Below are positions 17,053 through 26,677 of a stretch of 64,000 nucleotides of DNA, one piece after another. The stretch covers positions 30,309-94,308 of the forward strand of contig MHCP01000028.1 of the NCBI GenBank assembly GCA_001816655.1, read 5' to 3'. Position 1 is the first letter of the stretch, and every line of letters starts with the position of its first letter. The DNA is from Candidatus Woykebacteria bacterium RBG_13_40_15 (lineage in GTDB: Bacteria; Patescibacteriota; Microgenomatia; Woykebacterales; RBG-16-39-9b). Below the pieces are notes generated by a model that was given only the letters and a program-made list of their open reading frames with translations, made no database searches and was not told the DNA's origin. A program made the position numbers and the translations under genes.

Positions 17053-18636
17053 TTATTCTAGCTTGCTAAAAATTTCAACCGGATCTGCTTCCGTAGCTAG
17101 TTTCTCTTTTTCTTCTTTCTTAGGTTCGGGTGGTCTCTCTCCCACTACACATTTTACCCGAAGTTTCGCTCCTATTACTTCTTCCAAAACGTCTTCAAAC
17201 ATTTCCTTGTACTTTTTTTCCTCGGCTTTTTCTTTATGGAACCTGTAACCAAACTCCAAAATCAATAAATCTTCGTCGACGTTTTTTACTTTTGCGCTAC
17301 TTAAAAATATCCCAAGTGATGAGCTTTTCTCTTTTGCGGCTTTTAGCATTTTAGACCAATTATCATGGAGTTTTTTTAAGATCTTTCCTTCCGAGGGATT
17401 TGGTTTGCTCGGATTTTCTTTTTCAATCTCTTTAGCCACGGCTTCACGGGCTGGTTCTTTTTCAGTTTCCGCTTTGACAACGGCTGGCTCCTCCTCTTTT
17501 GGTTCTTCAGTAACATTAGCAATATCTTTATCTTCTTCAACAATCGCTTCCCCCATTTTATCTAAAGAGCCTTCAACTATTGCTATTTCGAGGGGCAATT
17601 GGGGAATTGTAGAGTCTCGGAGTTGCTCAATTGATTTATTAAACAGATCTGTTAGTTTTAACAATCTTTCCTTGGGCAGTTTTTTGTTCAGCTCGACCAA
17701 AGCTTCAAGTTCTTCTTTGGCAATAGGTTCTAACACAACCCCAGCCCCTGCTTTCACAAGTATTATTTTTCGCAGTATCTCTAGAACTGATTCAGTTAAA
17801 ATACGCACATTTCCACCTTCTTTGAGATAACTATCAAGCCAAATTAAAGACTCTTTTGCCATGCCTTTTTCCAATAGATCAAGCAAACTTATTGACGAGG
17901 CGGTCTCTTTCTTCCCAAGAATCGACAGCGTTTTTTCTAAATCTGCTTTTGTGTCAACAGAGACAACCTTTTCTAGTAGAACCTCGGCATCCCTGAAAGC
18001 TCCTGCTGCCATTTTTGCAATTTCTTCTAAGGAATCGGCGGAAATTCCCCAAGCTTCTTTTTTCACTATGGATGTTAGCTTTTCTTTTATTTGAGAAACA
18101 TCAGGCATTTTGAAATCAAATTTGGTAACCCTTGAGGCTATAGTTGCCGGTATTTTGTGGGGCTCAGTTGTCGCTAAAATAAAAATCGCGTGGGCGGGTG
18201 GTTCCTCCAATGTTTTCAAAAGGGCGTTAAAGGCCTCTCCAGTCAACATGTGAGCTTCGTCGATAATGTAAACCTTGAATTTTCCACCGGCTGGGGCAAG
18301 CTTTATTTTCTCCCGCAACTCTCTAATTTCATCAATACCCCTGTTTGAAGCAGCGTCAATTTCAATTAAATCAAGGTTGGAACCATCAGTGACAGAAACG
18401 CAAACCTCGCATTTGTTACAGGGCTCGCCAAAAACGTTTCCGGTATATGTAGAACAGTTCACCGCCTTCGCAACAATTCGGGCAACTGATGTTTTTCCAG
18501 TTCCGCGAGAACCAGAAAAAAGATAAGCATGGGAAATTTTTCCGCTTTTTAGTTGGGCTAGTAGTTGATCCCTGATTTGTTCTTGGCCTACAACTTCACT
18601 TAAAGCTTGAGGTCGGTATTTACGGTACAAAACCAT
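17053..18636 (-). CDS. dnaX: DNA polymerase III subunit gamma/tau
   Basis: YRPQALSEVVGQE..., AAA+ P-loop GSRGTGKTS, Zn module CNKCEVC. Confidence 0.9.
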   Translation of the reverse strand: MVLYRKYRPQALSEVVGQEQIRDQLLAQLKSGKISHAYLFSGSRGTGKTSVARIVAKAVNCSTYTGNVFGEPCNKCEVCVSVTDGSNLDLIEIDAASNRGIDEIRELREKIKLAPAGGKFKVYIIDEAHMLTGEAFNALLKTLEEPPAHAIFILATTEPHKIPATIASRVTKFDFKMPDVSQIKEKLTSIVKKEAWGISADSLEEIAKMAAGAFRDAEVLLEKVVSVDTKADLEKTLSILGKKETASSISLLDLLEKGMAKESLIWLDSYLKEGGNVRILTESVLEILRKIILVKAGAGVVLEPIAKEELEALVELNKKLPKERLLKLTDLFNKSIEQLRDSTIPQLPLEIAIVEGSLDKMGEAIVEEDKDIANVTEEPKEEEPAVVKAETEKEPAREAVAKEIEKENPSKPNPSEGKILKKLHDNWSKMLKAAKEKSSSLGIFLSSAKVKNVDEDLLILEFGYRFHKEKAEEKKYKEMFEDVLEEVIGAKLRVKCVVGERPPEPKKEEKEKLATEADPVEIFSKLE

Positions 18637-18689
18637 CGCGATGATATTTTACACTAGCCTAGACCTGAAAACAATTGATATAATAAACC

Positions 18690-19049
18690 TTGATGACACC
18701 AGAGGAAGCCTTCGAACAAAAACTTAACGACGTTCCGATGACAGCAGAAGGAAAGGTTATTGAAGTCCTCCCCGATGACATCGGCGAAACCCCACATCAG
18801 CGATTTGTCATAAAACTTGATGCTGGAAACACAATTCTTATCGCCCATAACTTGGAGAGAGCTTATAGAGTACCGGTGAAGCTTGGCGATGAAGTAGAGG
18901 TTCATGGAACTTACAAGTGGAACAAATATGGTGGGCTAATCCACAAAACCCATCACGATGAGCGTGGTGAACACGAGGATGGTTGGATAAATTTAGTCGG
19001 AGTCCATCATCCAGACTTTACCAAACCAGTTGACGCAAAACTAGCTTAG
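18690..19049 (+). CDS. DUF3465-like protein
   Basis: HQRFVIKLDAGNTILIAHNLERAYRVP...HGTYKWNKYGGLIHKTHHDERGEHEDGW matches my recollection of the DUF3465 family. Confidence 0.55.
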   Translation: MMTPEEAFEQKLNDVPMTAEGKVIEVLPDDIGETPHQRFVIKLDAGNTILIAHNLERAYRVPVKLGDEVEVHGTYKWNKYGGLIHKTHHDERGEHEDGWINLVGVHHPDFTKPVDAKLA

Positions 19050-21224
19050 TTTTTTATTTTTCAACCTCTCAATTGCCTGCGAAAGCAACTGAACATATAA
19101 TTCAAACCCAATTAAGGCTATGTTGCCACTCTGGGCTGTTCCGAGCAAGTTACCGGCGCCGCGAATTTCGAGGTCGTGTTTTGCTATTTTAAAACCAGAC
19201 CCTAGCTCCGTACTTTCTGAAATCGCTGCTAATCTTTCCAAACTTTCACCCTCTGGTACATAATTTTTAGGATAAAAGAGATGGGCATAGGCGGCTCTGT
19301 CGGAACGCCCAACCCTACCACGCAGCTGATAAAGTTCTGACAGACCAAACGCTTGAGCATTTTCAATTATGATGGTGTTAACATTCGGCATGTCCAGCCC
19401 CGAACCAATAATCGTCGTACAAATTAGTACATCATATTTTTTCTCATAAAAGAGATCCATAACTTTTTCCAAACTTGTTACCTGCACCTTGTTACTTGTT
19501 ACTTTCCTCTCCATTTGTCCATGAGCAAAAGTAACTCTTGCAGAAGGAACAAGTTTTTGGATTTCTGCCGCTTTTGAGGCTATTTTTTGAACACTGTTAA
19601 AAACATAATAAACTTGCCCGCCTGCCATTGCCTGGCGGCGAAGCTCCTGGCGGGCAGGCCCGCCCCGGAAAATTTCTTTTTCGATTGCTAATTTAACTTT
19701 TTCTTCGTCAAATTCGCCGACCGAAGTTTCAATCGGCTTTCTACCGGCTGGTGCCTCACTCAAAACCGACATATCTCGCAAAGTAGTTAGCGCCAAATTT
19801 AAAGTTCGCGGTATTGGGGTTGCACTTATGGACAAAACATCCACTACGGGTTTTATGGTTTTTAATTTCTCTTTGTGCTTCACGCCAAAACGGTGCTCCT
19901 CATCAATTATCAAAAGCCCTAGATTTTTAAATTCCACGTCGTCACTGAGAAGTCTGTGAGTCCCTATAACAACATCAATTGATCCATCTTTCAGCCCACT
20001 GACAACGTCGACTTGTTTTTCTTTTTCTTCAAAGCGTGAAAGTTTTTCAATTCTTACTGGAAAGCCTTGTAATCTTTCTCGAAATAAATGGAGGTGCTGC
20101 TCTGCTAAAACTGTGGTTGGAACTAAAATTGCCGCTTGGCGACCAGCTTGAGCTACTTTAAATGTCGCTCTAATTGCCACCTCAGTCTTACCAAAACCAA
20201 CATCTCCAACTAAAACTCTATCCATTGGGTGATTGCTTTCCAAATCTGCTTTAATTTCCATCGCTGCTTTCAGCTGATCAGCCGTTTCTTCATATTCAAA
20301 GGCCTCTTCAAGTTGTTTTTGCCAAGGAGTATCAGTACCAACACCGACCCGTGTTGAAAGTTGCCTTTTTGCGTAAAGTTCAAGCAGTTCTTTTGCGTAT
20401 TCCGTAACACTTTCAGTGACTTTTTGCCTTGTCTTCTCCCAAGCGCCAGTCCCCAAGTATGAGAGTGGGACTTTTCTGCCACCAACTCCAATATATTTTG
20501 TAATCCGCTCGATTTGATCTACCGGCACGAAAAGTTTGTCACCCTTCGCGTATTCGACAATTAAATGCTGATTAGTCAGATTTGACTTTCTGCCAGTCTT
20601 TTCATCTGTTTGAGCCAAACCGTCATAAATTTCCTCATCTTGCAACGAAGCGAGACGACCCAATTTTTGAGGCTTCAATGGCACAAGCGACGAGGCGTCA
20701 CAGGTAAATCCAACCTTCCTTGATTCGCGCGGATTTGAAGCAGAAGAAAATTGTTGATCGTCGAGCTTCAAATTAGAAATCCCGATAAACCTCCCAACCC
20801 CATAATCTATATGAACGACCAAATCTCCAGGTTCTATTTCTGATAAAAATAGGCGAACCGAATTCCCTGATTGCAGAGGAAATTTCTTTTGTTTTGTCCA
20901 TTTCGGAGCGATTTTTGGCGTAATACCACAAGCGATTATATACACTTCTTTTAACCTTTTTATTATTCCTTGAGTAAAAATATTGAACATGTAAATATTT
21001 TCAACCTGCTCACCAATTAAGTCGATTCTCACCGGAATTTTGTATCTTTCCAACCAAATATCAATTAAGCCGCCGCGTTTAGAAAACTCCCCGGCTTTTG
21101 CAATCGTACCGGGAGAAATATTTTCGTATCCTAAATTCGTTAATTTAGCTGCAAGAACAGTAGGCGAAACTTTGTCACACAAAGCAATATTTAAACCTGT
21201 TTCATTATATTGATCCATAATCAT
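19041..21224 (-). CDS. mfd: transcription-repair coupling factor Mfd (N-terminally truncated form)
   Basis: SF2 helicase motifs (DEEHRFGV), C-terminal TRCF signature EIRGAGNLLGTAQSG...GFELY. At 727 aa it lacks the UvrB-homology N-terminal modules. Confidence 0.8.
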   Translation of the reverse strand: MIMDQYNETGLNIALCDKVSPTVLAAKLTNLGYENISPGTIAKAGEFSKRGGLIDIWLERYKIPVRIDLIGEQVENIYMFNIFTQGIIKRLKEVYIIACGITPKIAPKWTKQKKFPLQSGNSVRLFLSEIEPGDLVVHIDYGVGRFIGISNLKLDDQQFSSASNPRESRKVGFTCDASSLVPLKPQKLGRLASLQDEEIYDGLAQTDEKTGRKSNLTNQHLIVEYAKGDKLFVPVDQIERITKYIGVGGRKVPLSYLGTGAWEKTRQKVTESVTEYAKELLELYAKRQLSTRVGVGTDTPWQKQLEEAFEYEETADQLKAAMEIKADLESNHPMDRVLVGDVGFGKTEVAIRATFKVAQAGRQAAILVPTTVLAEQHLHLFRERLQGFPVRIEKLSRFEEKEKQVDVVSGLKDGSIDVVIGTHRLLSDDVEFKNLGLLIIDEEHRFGVKHKEKLKTIKPVVDVLSISATPIPRTLNLALTTLRDMSVLSEAPAGRKPIETSVGEFDEEKVKLAIEKEIFRGGPARQELRRQAMAGGQVYYVFNSVQKIASKAAEIQKLVPSARVTFAHGQMERKVTSNKVQVTSLEKVMDLFYEKKYDVLICTTIIGSGLDMPNVNTIIIENAQAFGLSELYQLRGRVGRSDRAAYAHLFYPKNYVPEGESLERLAAISESTELGSGFKIAKHDLEIRGAGNLLGTAQSGNIALIGFELYVQLLSQAIERLKNKKLS

Positions 21225-21296
21225 CCCAACGCAAACAAACCCATTTCTAGAATATGGGGTATGTTTTTATTTAGTTTAGTTGCTGCCTACATTCCA

Positions 21297-21812
21297 CTAT
21301 TTCAGCCAATTAATAACCACTTCGGCCGCTCGCTGAATTGTTTTTTGGATGTCTGATTTTTCTTTTGAGAATCGTTGCAGGACCCAGTCTTCAGTCTCCA
21401 TCGAAACATTGGGTCGGCCAATTCCAACCCGCACCCGACTGAATTCATCGGAGCCCAATGATTCGATAATTGATTCAACGCCCTTGTGGCCGGCGGAACT
21501 TCTGCCAAACTGATGTTTTATTTCGCCAAATTCGAGATCGACATCGTCATGAACTACCAGGAGCTCCTCTGGCTTTATTTTATAGAAATTCGCAATTCGA
21601 TTAACCGCTTTTCCAGAAACATTCATAAAGGTCTGAGGCTTAACTAAAAGTCTCTCATTATCAAGAGTATAAATAATAGAGTCGAATTTCTTATTGAATT
21701 GGGGACTAGCCGCATACGTTGATAAAAGTTCGTCAATCACCATAAACCCAACATTGTGCCGGGTAAATGCATATTTTTCTCCAGGATTTCCGAGCCCCAC
21801 TACTATTTTCAT
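21297..21812 (-). CDS. pth: peptidyl-tRNA hydrolase
   Basis: MKIVVGLGNPGEKYAFTRHNVGF. Confidence 0.9.
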   Translation of the reverse strand: MKIVVGLGNPGEKYAFTRHNVGFMVIDELLSTYAASPQFNKKFDSIIYTLDNERLLVKPQTFMNVSGKAVNRIANFYKIKPEELLVVHDDVDLEFGEIKHQFGRSSAGHKGVESIIESLGSDEFSRVRVGIGRPNVSMETEDWVLQRFSKEKSDIQKTIQRAAEVVINWLK

Positions 21813-21860
21813 CGCCTTAAGATTAACAGGTAAAATGCAGCCATTGCAAGCGCGGGAAAC

Positions 21861-22322
21861 TTAAGAAGTTGTTTTAGAAAAAATTGTGTCTTCCAATCTT
21901 TCCATTTCCGCTGCATCATGGGGGTTTTCGTGGTCAAATCCAAGAAGATGCAAGACTCCATGAATGACTAAAATCCGTGCCATATCATCCACCATTATGT
22001 CTTCCTTTGCAGCGCGATCAAGTAGCTGCGGATAGGAAATTAAAATATCGCCCAAATTTAAATAGGAAGACGGTGGTGTAACAAAAGTTTTTGGTTTTCC
22101 GGTGTCCAGAGAATAAGCGAAAGAAAGAACATCAGTTGGCTTATCCAAATTAAGATATTTCTTATTCAACTCACGCATTTTTCGATCCCCAATAACAGAA
22201 ATTACCAGAGAAACCTTTCCCTTCACGTTCTCAGCAGAAAGGGTCGCCTCTGCGGCGACCACCAAAACACTTTTTTTGATTGGGTAATGAGGTTCAACAT
22301 AGGCAACAACTTTATAGTTCAT
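21861..22322 (-). CDS. ybeY: rRNA maturation endoribonuclease YbeY
   Basis: HGVLHLLGFDH zinc-binding motif. Confidence 0.85.
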   Translation of the reverse strand: MNYKVVAYVEPHYPIKKSVLVVAAEATLSAENVKGKVSLVISVIGDRKMRELNKKYLNLDKPTDVLSFAYSLDTGKPKTFVTPPSSYLNLGDILISYPQLLDRAAKEDIMVDDMARILVIHGVLHLLGFDHENPHDAAEMERLEDTIFSKTTS

Positions 22323-22323
22323 C

Positions 22324-22512
22324 TTATTCTTCTTCCTGATACTTCAATTTGCGCTCAAGAGCCTCCTTTGCTCTCTTGCGATGAATAGATGGTTTCTCAT
22401 AAAACTCCCTTTTGCGAAGTTCTTTAAGAACACCTTCTTGCTGCACTTTTCTGTTGAATTTTCTGATCAGAGAATCAACACTTTCGCCTTCATTTGCTCT
22501 AACTATTGCCAT
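22324..22512 (-). CDS. rpsU: 30S ribosomal protein S21
   Basis: 62 aa, basic, ...[32 protein letters not shown]. Confidence 0.85.
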   Translation of the reverse strand: MAIVRANEGESVDSLIRKFNRKVQQEGVLKELRKREFYEKPSIHRKRAKEALERKLKYQEEE

Positions 22513-22611
22513 GTAATATTAAAGTAAAAAGACACCCCCTAACTTAAGTTAAAAGTTAAAATTTAAAAGTCCAAAGCCAAAAATTAGCTCTTTCTACGCT
22601 TACTCCCAACC

Positions 22612-22929
22612 TTAATCGCCTAACAAGTGGAGGTGTAAATGCGGAACCTCTTGATACACTCCTCCATTTACAACTACCCTATAAGAGCTTTCTAATTTTT
22701 TGTCTTTAACTAATTGTTGTATCACTTTTATTATTTTTGTCAACAACTTTGTATGATTCTCCTTCAAATCAAGAAAGCTTTCAATATGTTCCTTTGGTGT
22801 AATTAAAAGATGTACCTTTGCCTTTGGTCGTATATCCGGGAAAACAACCAAATCGGCGTCCTGGTAAACGAAATTTGCTGGTATTTCTCCTTTTACTATC
22901 TTACAAAATGTACAATCCATAATGCCCAA
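22612..22929 (-). CDS. HIT family hydrolase
   Basis: C-terminal histidine triad HLHLHLL. N-terminal CTFCKI. Confidence 0.8.
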   Translation of the reverse strand: MGIMDCTFCKIVKGEIPANFVYQDADLVVFPDIRPKAKVHLLITPKEHIESFLDLKENHTKLLTKIIKVIQQLVKDKKLESSYRVVVNGGVYQEVPHLHLHLLGD

Positions 22930-22934
22930 GGAAA

Positions 22935-23849
22935 TTATTTTTTAGACCTTAATTTTAGATCATCTAAAACCTGGTACGGTATTTTCAAATAAAATCCAAC
23001 AAATCCAAGCTCTTTTCCTGTACTGCTAAAACCATGATAATCACTTCCGCCGCTGACAGCAAGGCCCTTTTCCTTTGCTATTTTTTCATAGTGAGCAACG
23101 CAGAGCTTTGTATCTTCCTCGCTGTCACGATGAGAATAGACCTCAATTCCATCAAGGCCATTCCCTAGAAGTTCAGCTAGATAATGATCGTCAAATGTTA
23201 ATTTTCCACTTTCTGAATCTTTACTAACTAAATCCCAACTGGGGTGTGCAAGTATTGCTAGCCCTCCATGTTTGTGAATCAGATCAATTGAATCCTTTGG
23301 GTCTAGAGCTTCCCTTCTGTGATGAGCCGGCATACCCGTTATTAAATATTTTCTGATGAAATCGCTAGCTGTTGGAATACCACCAAAATCCTCCAAAAGT
23401 TTCTTTTTATTCTCGAGATCATTTATAACCATCCATGCAATGTGGGGTTTTCCTATTACCCCACGCGTCAGACTCTTCAAATCGCCGAGATTTATTAAAT
23501 ATCCTAGTTCATTTAAGGAGGCTACCACTTTTTCCGCTTGTTGTTCTCTTTGGGTTTGTAATTCTTTCAAAAAGGATTGAAAAGTTTTATTTTTCCAATC
23601 TATAAAATAACCAAGGATATGAAATTCTCTTTTCTCGCTGGGGTAACAAGTAATTTCGGTTGCTGGAACTACTTCAATACCAATTTTTTTTCCGGCGGAA
23701 GTAGCTTCTGAAAGTCCCGAAACGCTATCATGATCAGCAATTCCGACAGCGCTAAGACCTATCTTTTTTGCTTTTTCAACTACGGCTGCGGGAGAAAGTC
23801 CTCCATCTGAATAATATGTATGGGCGTGTAGATCAATGTACTTTTTCAT
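22935..23849 (-). CDS. PHP domain phosphoesterase
   Basis: IDLHAHTYYSDG...GIADHD metal-binding motifs of the PHP family. Confidence 0.8.
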   Translation of the reverse strand: MKKYIDLHAHTYYSDGGLSPAAVVEKAKKIGLSAVGIADHDSVSGLSEATSAGKKIGIEVVPATEITCYPSEKREFHILGYFIDWKNKTFQSFLKELQTQREQQAEKVVASLNELGYLINLGDLKSLTRGVIGKPHIAWMVINDLENKKKLLEDFGGIPTASDFIRKYLITGMPAHHRREALDPKDSIDLIHKHGGLAILAHPSWDLVSKDSESGKLTFDDHYLAELLGNGLDGIEVYSHRDSEEDTKLCVAHYEKIAKEKGLAVSGGSDYHGFSSTGKELGFVGFYLKIPYQVLDDLKLRSKK

Positions 23850-24061
23850 AGTAAGCTTGTCAAATCCATTTATGGTGAGCTTGTCGAACCATCAGGCGAT
23901 TTTAATCCTTTCGATACTTAAAATCAATTACTTAATGAGCGGATGGGACTTTTAGTCGCTAATAATTTCGAAAGATAAAGTTGTTACAGAAAGATCCAAT
24001 TGACTTTCCACAATTTCTAAAACAAAATAAAAAGGCTAGATAAAAAACACTAGAGGGCACC

Positions 24062-24092
24062 TTGACAGCTAAAATAATAGCCAGTCTATGAA
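24062..24092 (+). promoter_or_regulatory. putative promoter of ParB-like gene
   Basis: TTGACA at 24062-24067, TATGAA at 24087-24092 (19-nt spacer), SD gaaggagg, ATG at 24108. Confidence 0.3.
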
Positions 24093-24107
24093 GAAGGAGG
24101 GCCGATC

Positions 24108-25409
24108 ATGGCAAAGAAAAAAGCGGCTGGTCAGCCCCCTAACGAGGCTGACTTTACCTTTCCTGAACAAGATACGAAGCTAGACTTCCGTGTAATCAAT
24201 ACCGTTTCGCAACCACGCAAGGAATTCCCCGATATACGAGAGCTAGCTGATAGCATCGCAAGACACGGCTTGCTCTACCCCCTAGTCATCCTAAAACTCG
24301 ATGAGGAGCAATGCAGAAAGTACTTGGGGAACCTAAACGCAATCTGGGAGAGTGAGCACTGTATCGAAGAGCTAACCGTGGTACGCGAGGGGAAAAAGCG
24401 CATTTTCTATCTCCTCCTTGCCGGAGAGCGCCGGCTACGTGCTTATCGCCACTTGTGGAAGAAAGGCTGCAGCGATTGCCTGGAAGTCTACGGCAAGGAG
24501 AAACGCGGCACGTGCTTCAGACGGCACATTTCGGTAGAGGGAATGATACCCACCAGAATCTGCGAAAACATGCCGATTCACGAGGCACTAATCCTACAGA
24601 TGATCGAGAACACGAGCCGTGTCCAGCTATCCCTCAATGATGAAGCACGCGGCCTGGCCTATCTCTACAGAACCTTTCGGATGGCCGATCCCGCTCTTAC
24701 CGTGAAGGACTTCGCTCGTCACTTTGGACGAGGAGAAACCACTGTTAGAAGTGCTCTTCGCTTCTGCAAGTTACCACCCGAGATCCAAGGTGCTGTCGAC
24801 AACGGTAATGATTACGGCAAGCTTGAGTTTGGAATAGCCGTCCAACTTGCCAGACTTCAGGAACACGGTTGCGACGAGGAAGAGCTCCTACACCGTATGA
24901 AAACAGCGCAGCTCGACAGAACCACGGTCCCCGATTTCCGTCAGTCCGTGACGAGCTACCTGCAATTCCTGAGAGGGCAGGGGTGTCTTTTCGATAGCGA
25001 TGTAAGTAGGCGACTTGCAGCACTTGGACAGCACAAACAAATAGTCGAGCGACACATTCTTGGAGCGCTTTACACCCAGCTCCAATACATGTTGACAGTG
25101 ATCCGTCTGTTTGAGAACGGTGATCTTGGAATGGAAGACTCTCCGTTCTCTGTGAGAAGCCCAGTCAAAGTATACCTTCGAGTAGTTCAAACTCTCGCGC
25201 AAGCCCTTCCTCACATGCGCCAGTTCCTGCCGGAGAAAGACCTAGCGATGATTGGGGCAACTTTGGCAGAAGGATTAGAGGTCACACGCATTCTCGAAGC
25301 AGCCTTAGCGGAAGCGAAAGAGACCGGAACGGAAGCACCAGGACCGGAAGAAAAGGAGGTAGGGATCCCGGTTGGTGCTCCTGGGGGCAACTTGCATCAG
25401 CAGGATTAG
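24108..25409 (+). CDS. ParB/Srx-like nuclease-domain protein with Cys-rich insertion (GC-rich island 4)
   Basis: LLAGERRLRAYR is the ParB GERRxRA motif. A downstream Cys-rich segment (GCSDC...GTCFRRH...RIC) sits before the MIENTSR helix. 433 aa with high-GC codons. Confidence 0.6.
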   Translation: MAKKKAAGQPPNEADFTFPEQDTKLDFRVINTVSQPRKEFPDIRELADSIARHGLLYPLVILKLDEEQCRKYLGNLNAIWESEHCIEELTVVREGKKRIFYLLLAGERRLRAYRHLWKKGCSDCLEVYGKEKRGTCFRRHISVEGMIPTRICENMPIHEALILQMIENTSRVQLSLNDEARGLAYLYRTFRMADPALTVKDFARHFGRGETTVRSALRFCKLPPEIQGAVDNGNDYGKLEFGIAVQLARLQEHGCDEEELLHRMKTAQLDRTTVPDFRQSVTSYLQFLRGQGCLFDSDVSRRLAALGQHKQIVERHILGALYTQLQYMLTVIRLFENGDLGMEDSPFSVRSPVKVYLRVVQTLAQALPHMRQFLPEKDLAMIGATLAEGLEVTRILEAALAEAKETGTEAPGPEEKEVGIPVGAPGGNLHQQD

Positions 25410-25495
25410 TCCCCTATTGTACGCGGAGGGTAGCAAGCATGGATGCTTCTACCCTCTCTCCGTTTTAAAAAAGAAAACCTGATATAATCCCTTTT

Positions 25496-25846
25496 GTGAT
25501 AGACGAAGAATTCCAAAAACTAGTTTCAAACGCACTAGAATCATTACCCACTTTTTTTAAAGAAAAACTTGATAATGTAGATGTAGTGGTGGGAGATTGG
25601 CCAAGCCCCGATTTATCAAAAGGGAGGCTTTTGCTTGGGCTTTATCAAGGAGTTCCAAAAACTCGGCGTGGGACAGGGTACTCTTTTGTTTTACCCGATA
25701 AAATAACGATTTTTAAAGGTCCCATTGAGATTTTTTCGAAAGGAAACAGCGAATCAATTAAGGAAATTGTGGCCGATACAGTCCAACACGAAATCGCCCA
25801 CCATTTTGGAATAAGTGATAGTAGATTAAAAGAATTAAAAACCTAG
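25496..25846 (+). CDS. zincin-like metallopeptidase (DUF1025-type)
   Basis: HEIAHH (HExxH) near the C-terminus. AT-rich native-like composition. Confidence 0.55.
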   Translation: MIDEEFQKLVSNALESLPTFFKEKLDNVDVVVGDWPSPDLSKGRLLLGLYQGVPKTRRGTGYSFVLPDKITIFKGPIEIFSKGNSESIKEIVADTVQHEIAHHFGISDSRLKELKT

Positions 25847-25916
25847 GGTCGACCTCTCTCCTTTGCGCGAGATCTCCCCTAACTTGTAGCAACTCGTTTC
25901 CTCCCCTCCTTTCTCA

Positions 25917-26171
25917 TCAGACCAATCCTTCCGCCTCAGCATACTCCTGCAGCACTCGACACGCTTCTCGAGTCAGCCCCCGCACCTCTAGAGAGCCGGA
26001 TGCGAGTTCTAGATCTCCAACCGTGATTATACCCGCTGCATTCGCCGCTTGGAGCGTCTTTTCAGCTATTTCCGAAGCTAGCCTGCTACCGTCGTTACTC
26101 TGTCTAACCACGATCTTTTCCGTAACCAATAGAAGGTCAGCAGCTCTAATTGTTCTTCCGCCTCCTGGCAT
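25917..26171 (-). CDS. hypothetical protein (GC-rich island 5)
   Basis: 84-aa ORF with high-GC codons. No recognisable domain. Confidence 0.4.
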   Translation of the reverse strand: MPGGGRTIRAADLLLVTEKIVVRQSNDGSRLASEIAEKTLQAANAAGIITVGDLELASGSLEVRGLTREACRVLQEYAEAEGLV

Positions 26172-26184
26172 AGGATCCCTCCTT

Positions 26185-26400
26185 TCACATGATCTCTATC
26201 TCGTCTCCCTTTTCAATCACTCTTTGGGAGAAAGCAGCTACGAGATTGCCGTTGACCTTAACAAACAAGCCGCAAGGGGTCTGCTCCACCTTCCGAAGAT
26301 ACTGGCAGACCCTTTCCACTGTCAAGCCAACGAACTCTCGCTCCACCTCTTCCCCATTACACAGAGTGACCTTTATGGTGTCCATACCCAAGGAAACCAT
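26185..26400 (-). CDS. ThiS/MoaD-like beta-grasp protein lacking C-terminal GG (GC-rich island 5)
   Basis: 71 aa. IKVTLCNGEEVE...VKVNGNLV...GDEIEIM follows the ThiS pattern (VNGexv...gDeveI) but ends EIM rather than GG. Confidence 0.45.
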   Translation of the reverse strand: MVSLGMDTIKVTLCNGEEVEREFVGLTVERVCQYLRKVEQTPCGLFVKVNGNLVAAFSQRVIEKGDEIEIM

Positions 26401-26677
26401 TTGAATTCTCCCCTCTTACTGCTGCAGTTTGCTATCTTCCGCTTGAAATATAAGACAGAGTTGGTGGAAATTATATCCCGCAGGAAACAATACGCAACAG
26501 GTAATGTTGCGGATTATACTGATTGGAATGGAAAAATGCAATAATACATTAGAATTTGCTTTTGAAGAAAATCGAAAAAGAAAAAGAGGAATCCTGCCGG
26601 ACTGCGACAAAACGCATAATCTCCGGCAGGGCATCTCCTCTCCAATCTTGCCTAGCGAAGTCCTGGGGACCGGTTTC

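Noticed and set aside
18654-18905. 83-aa minus-strand ORF overlapping the DUF3465-like gene.
   Set aside because: Antisense to a better-supported 119-aa ORF with recognisable family motifs.
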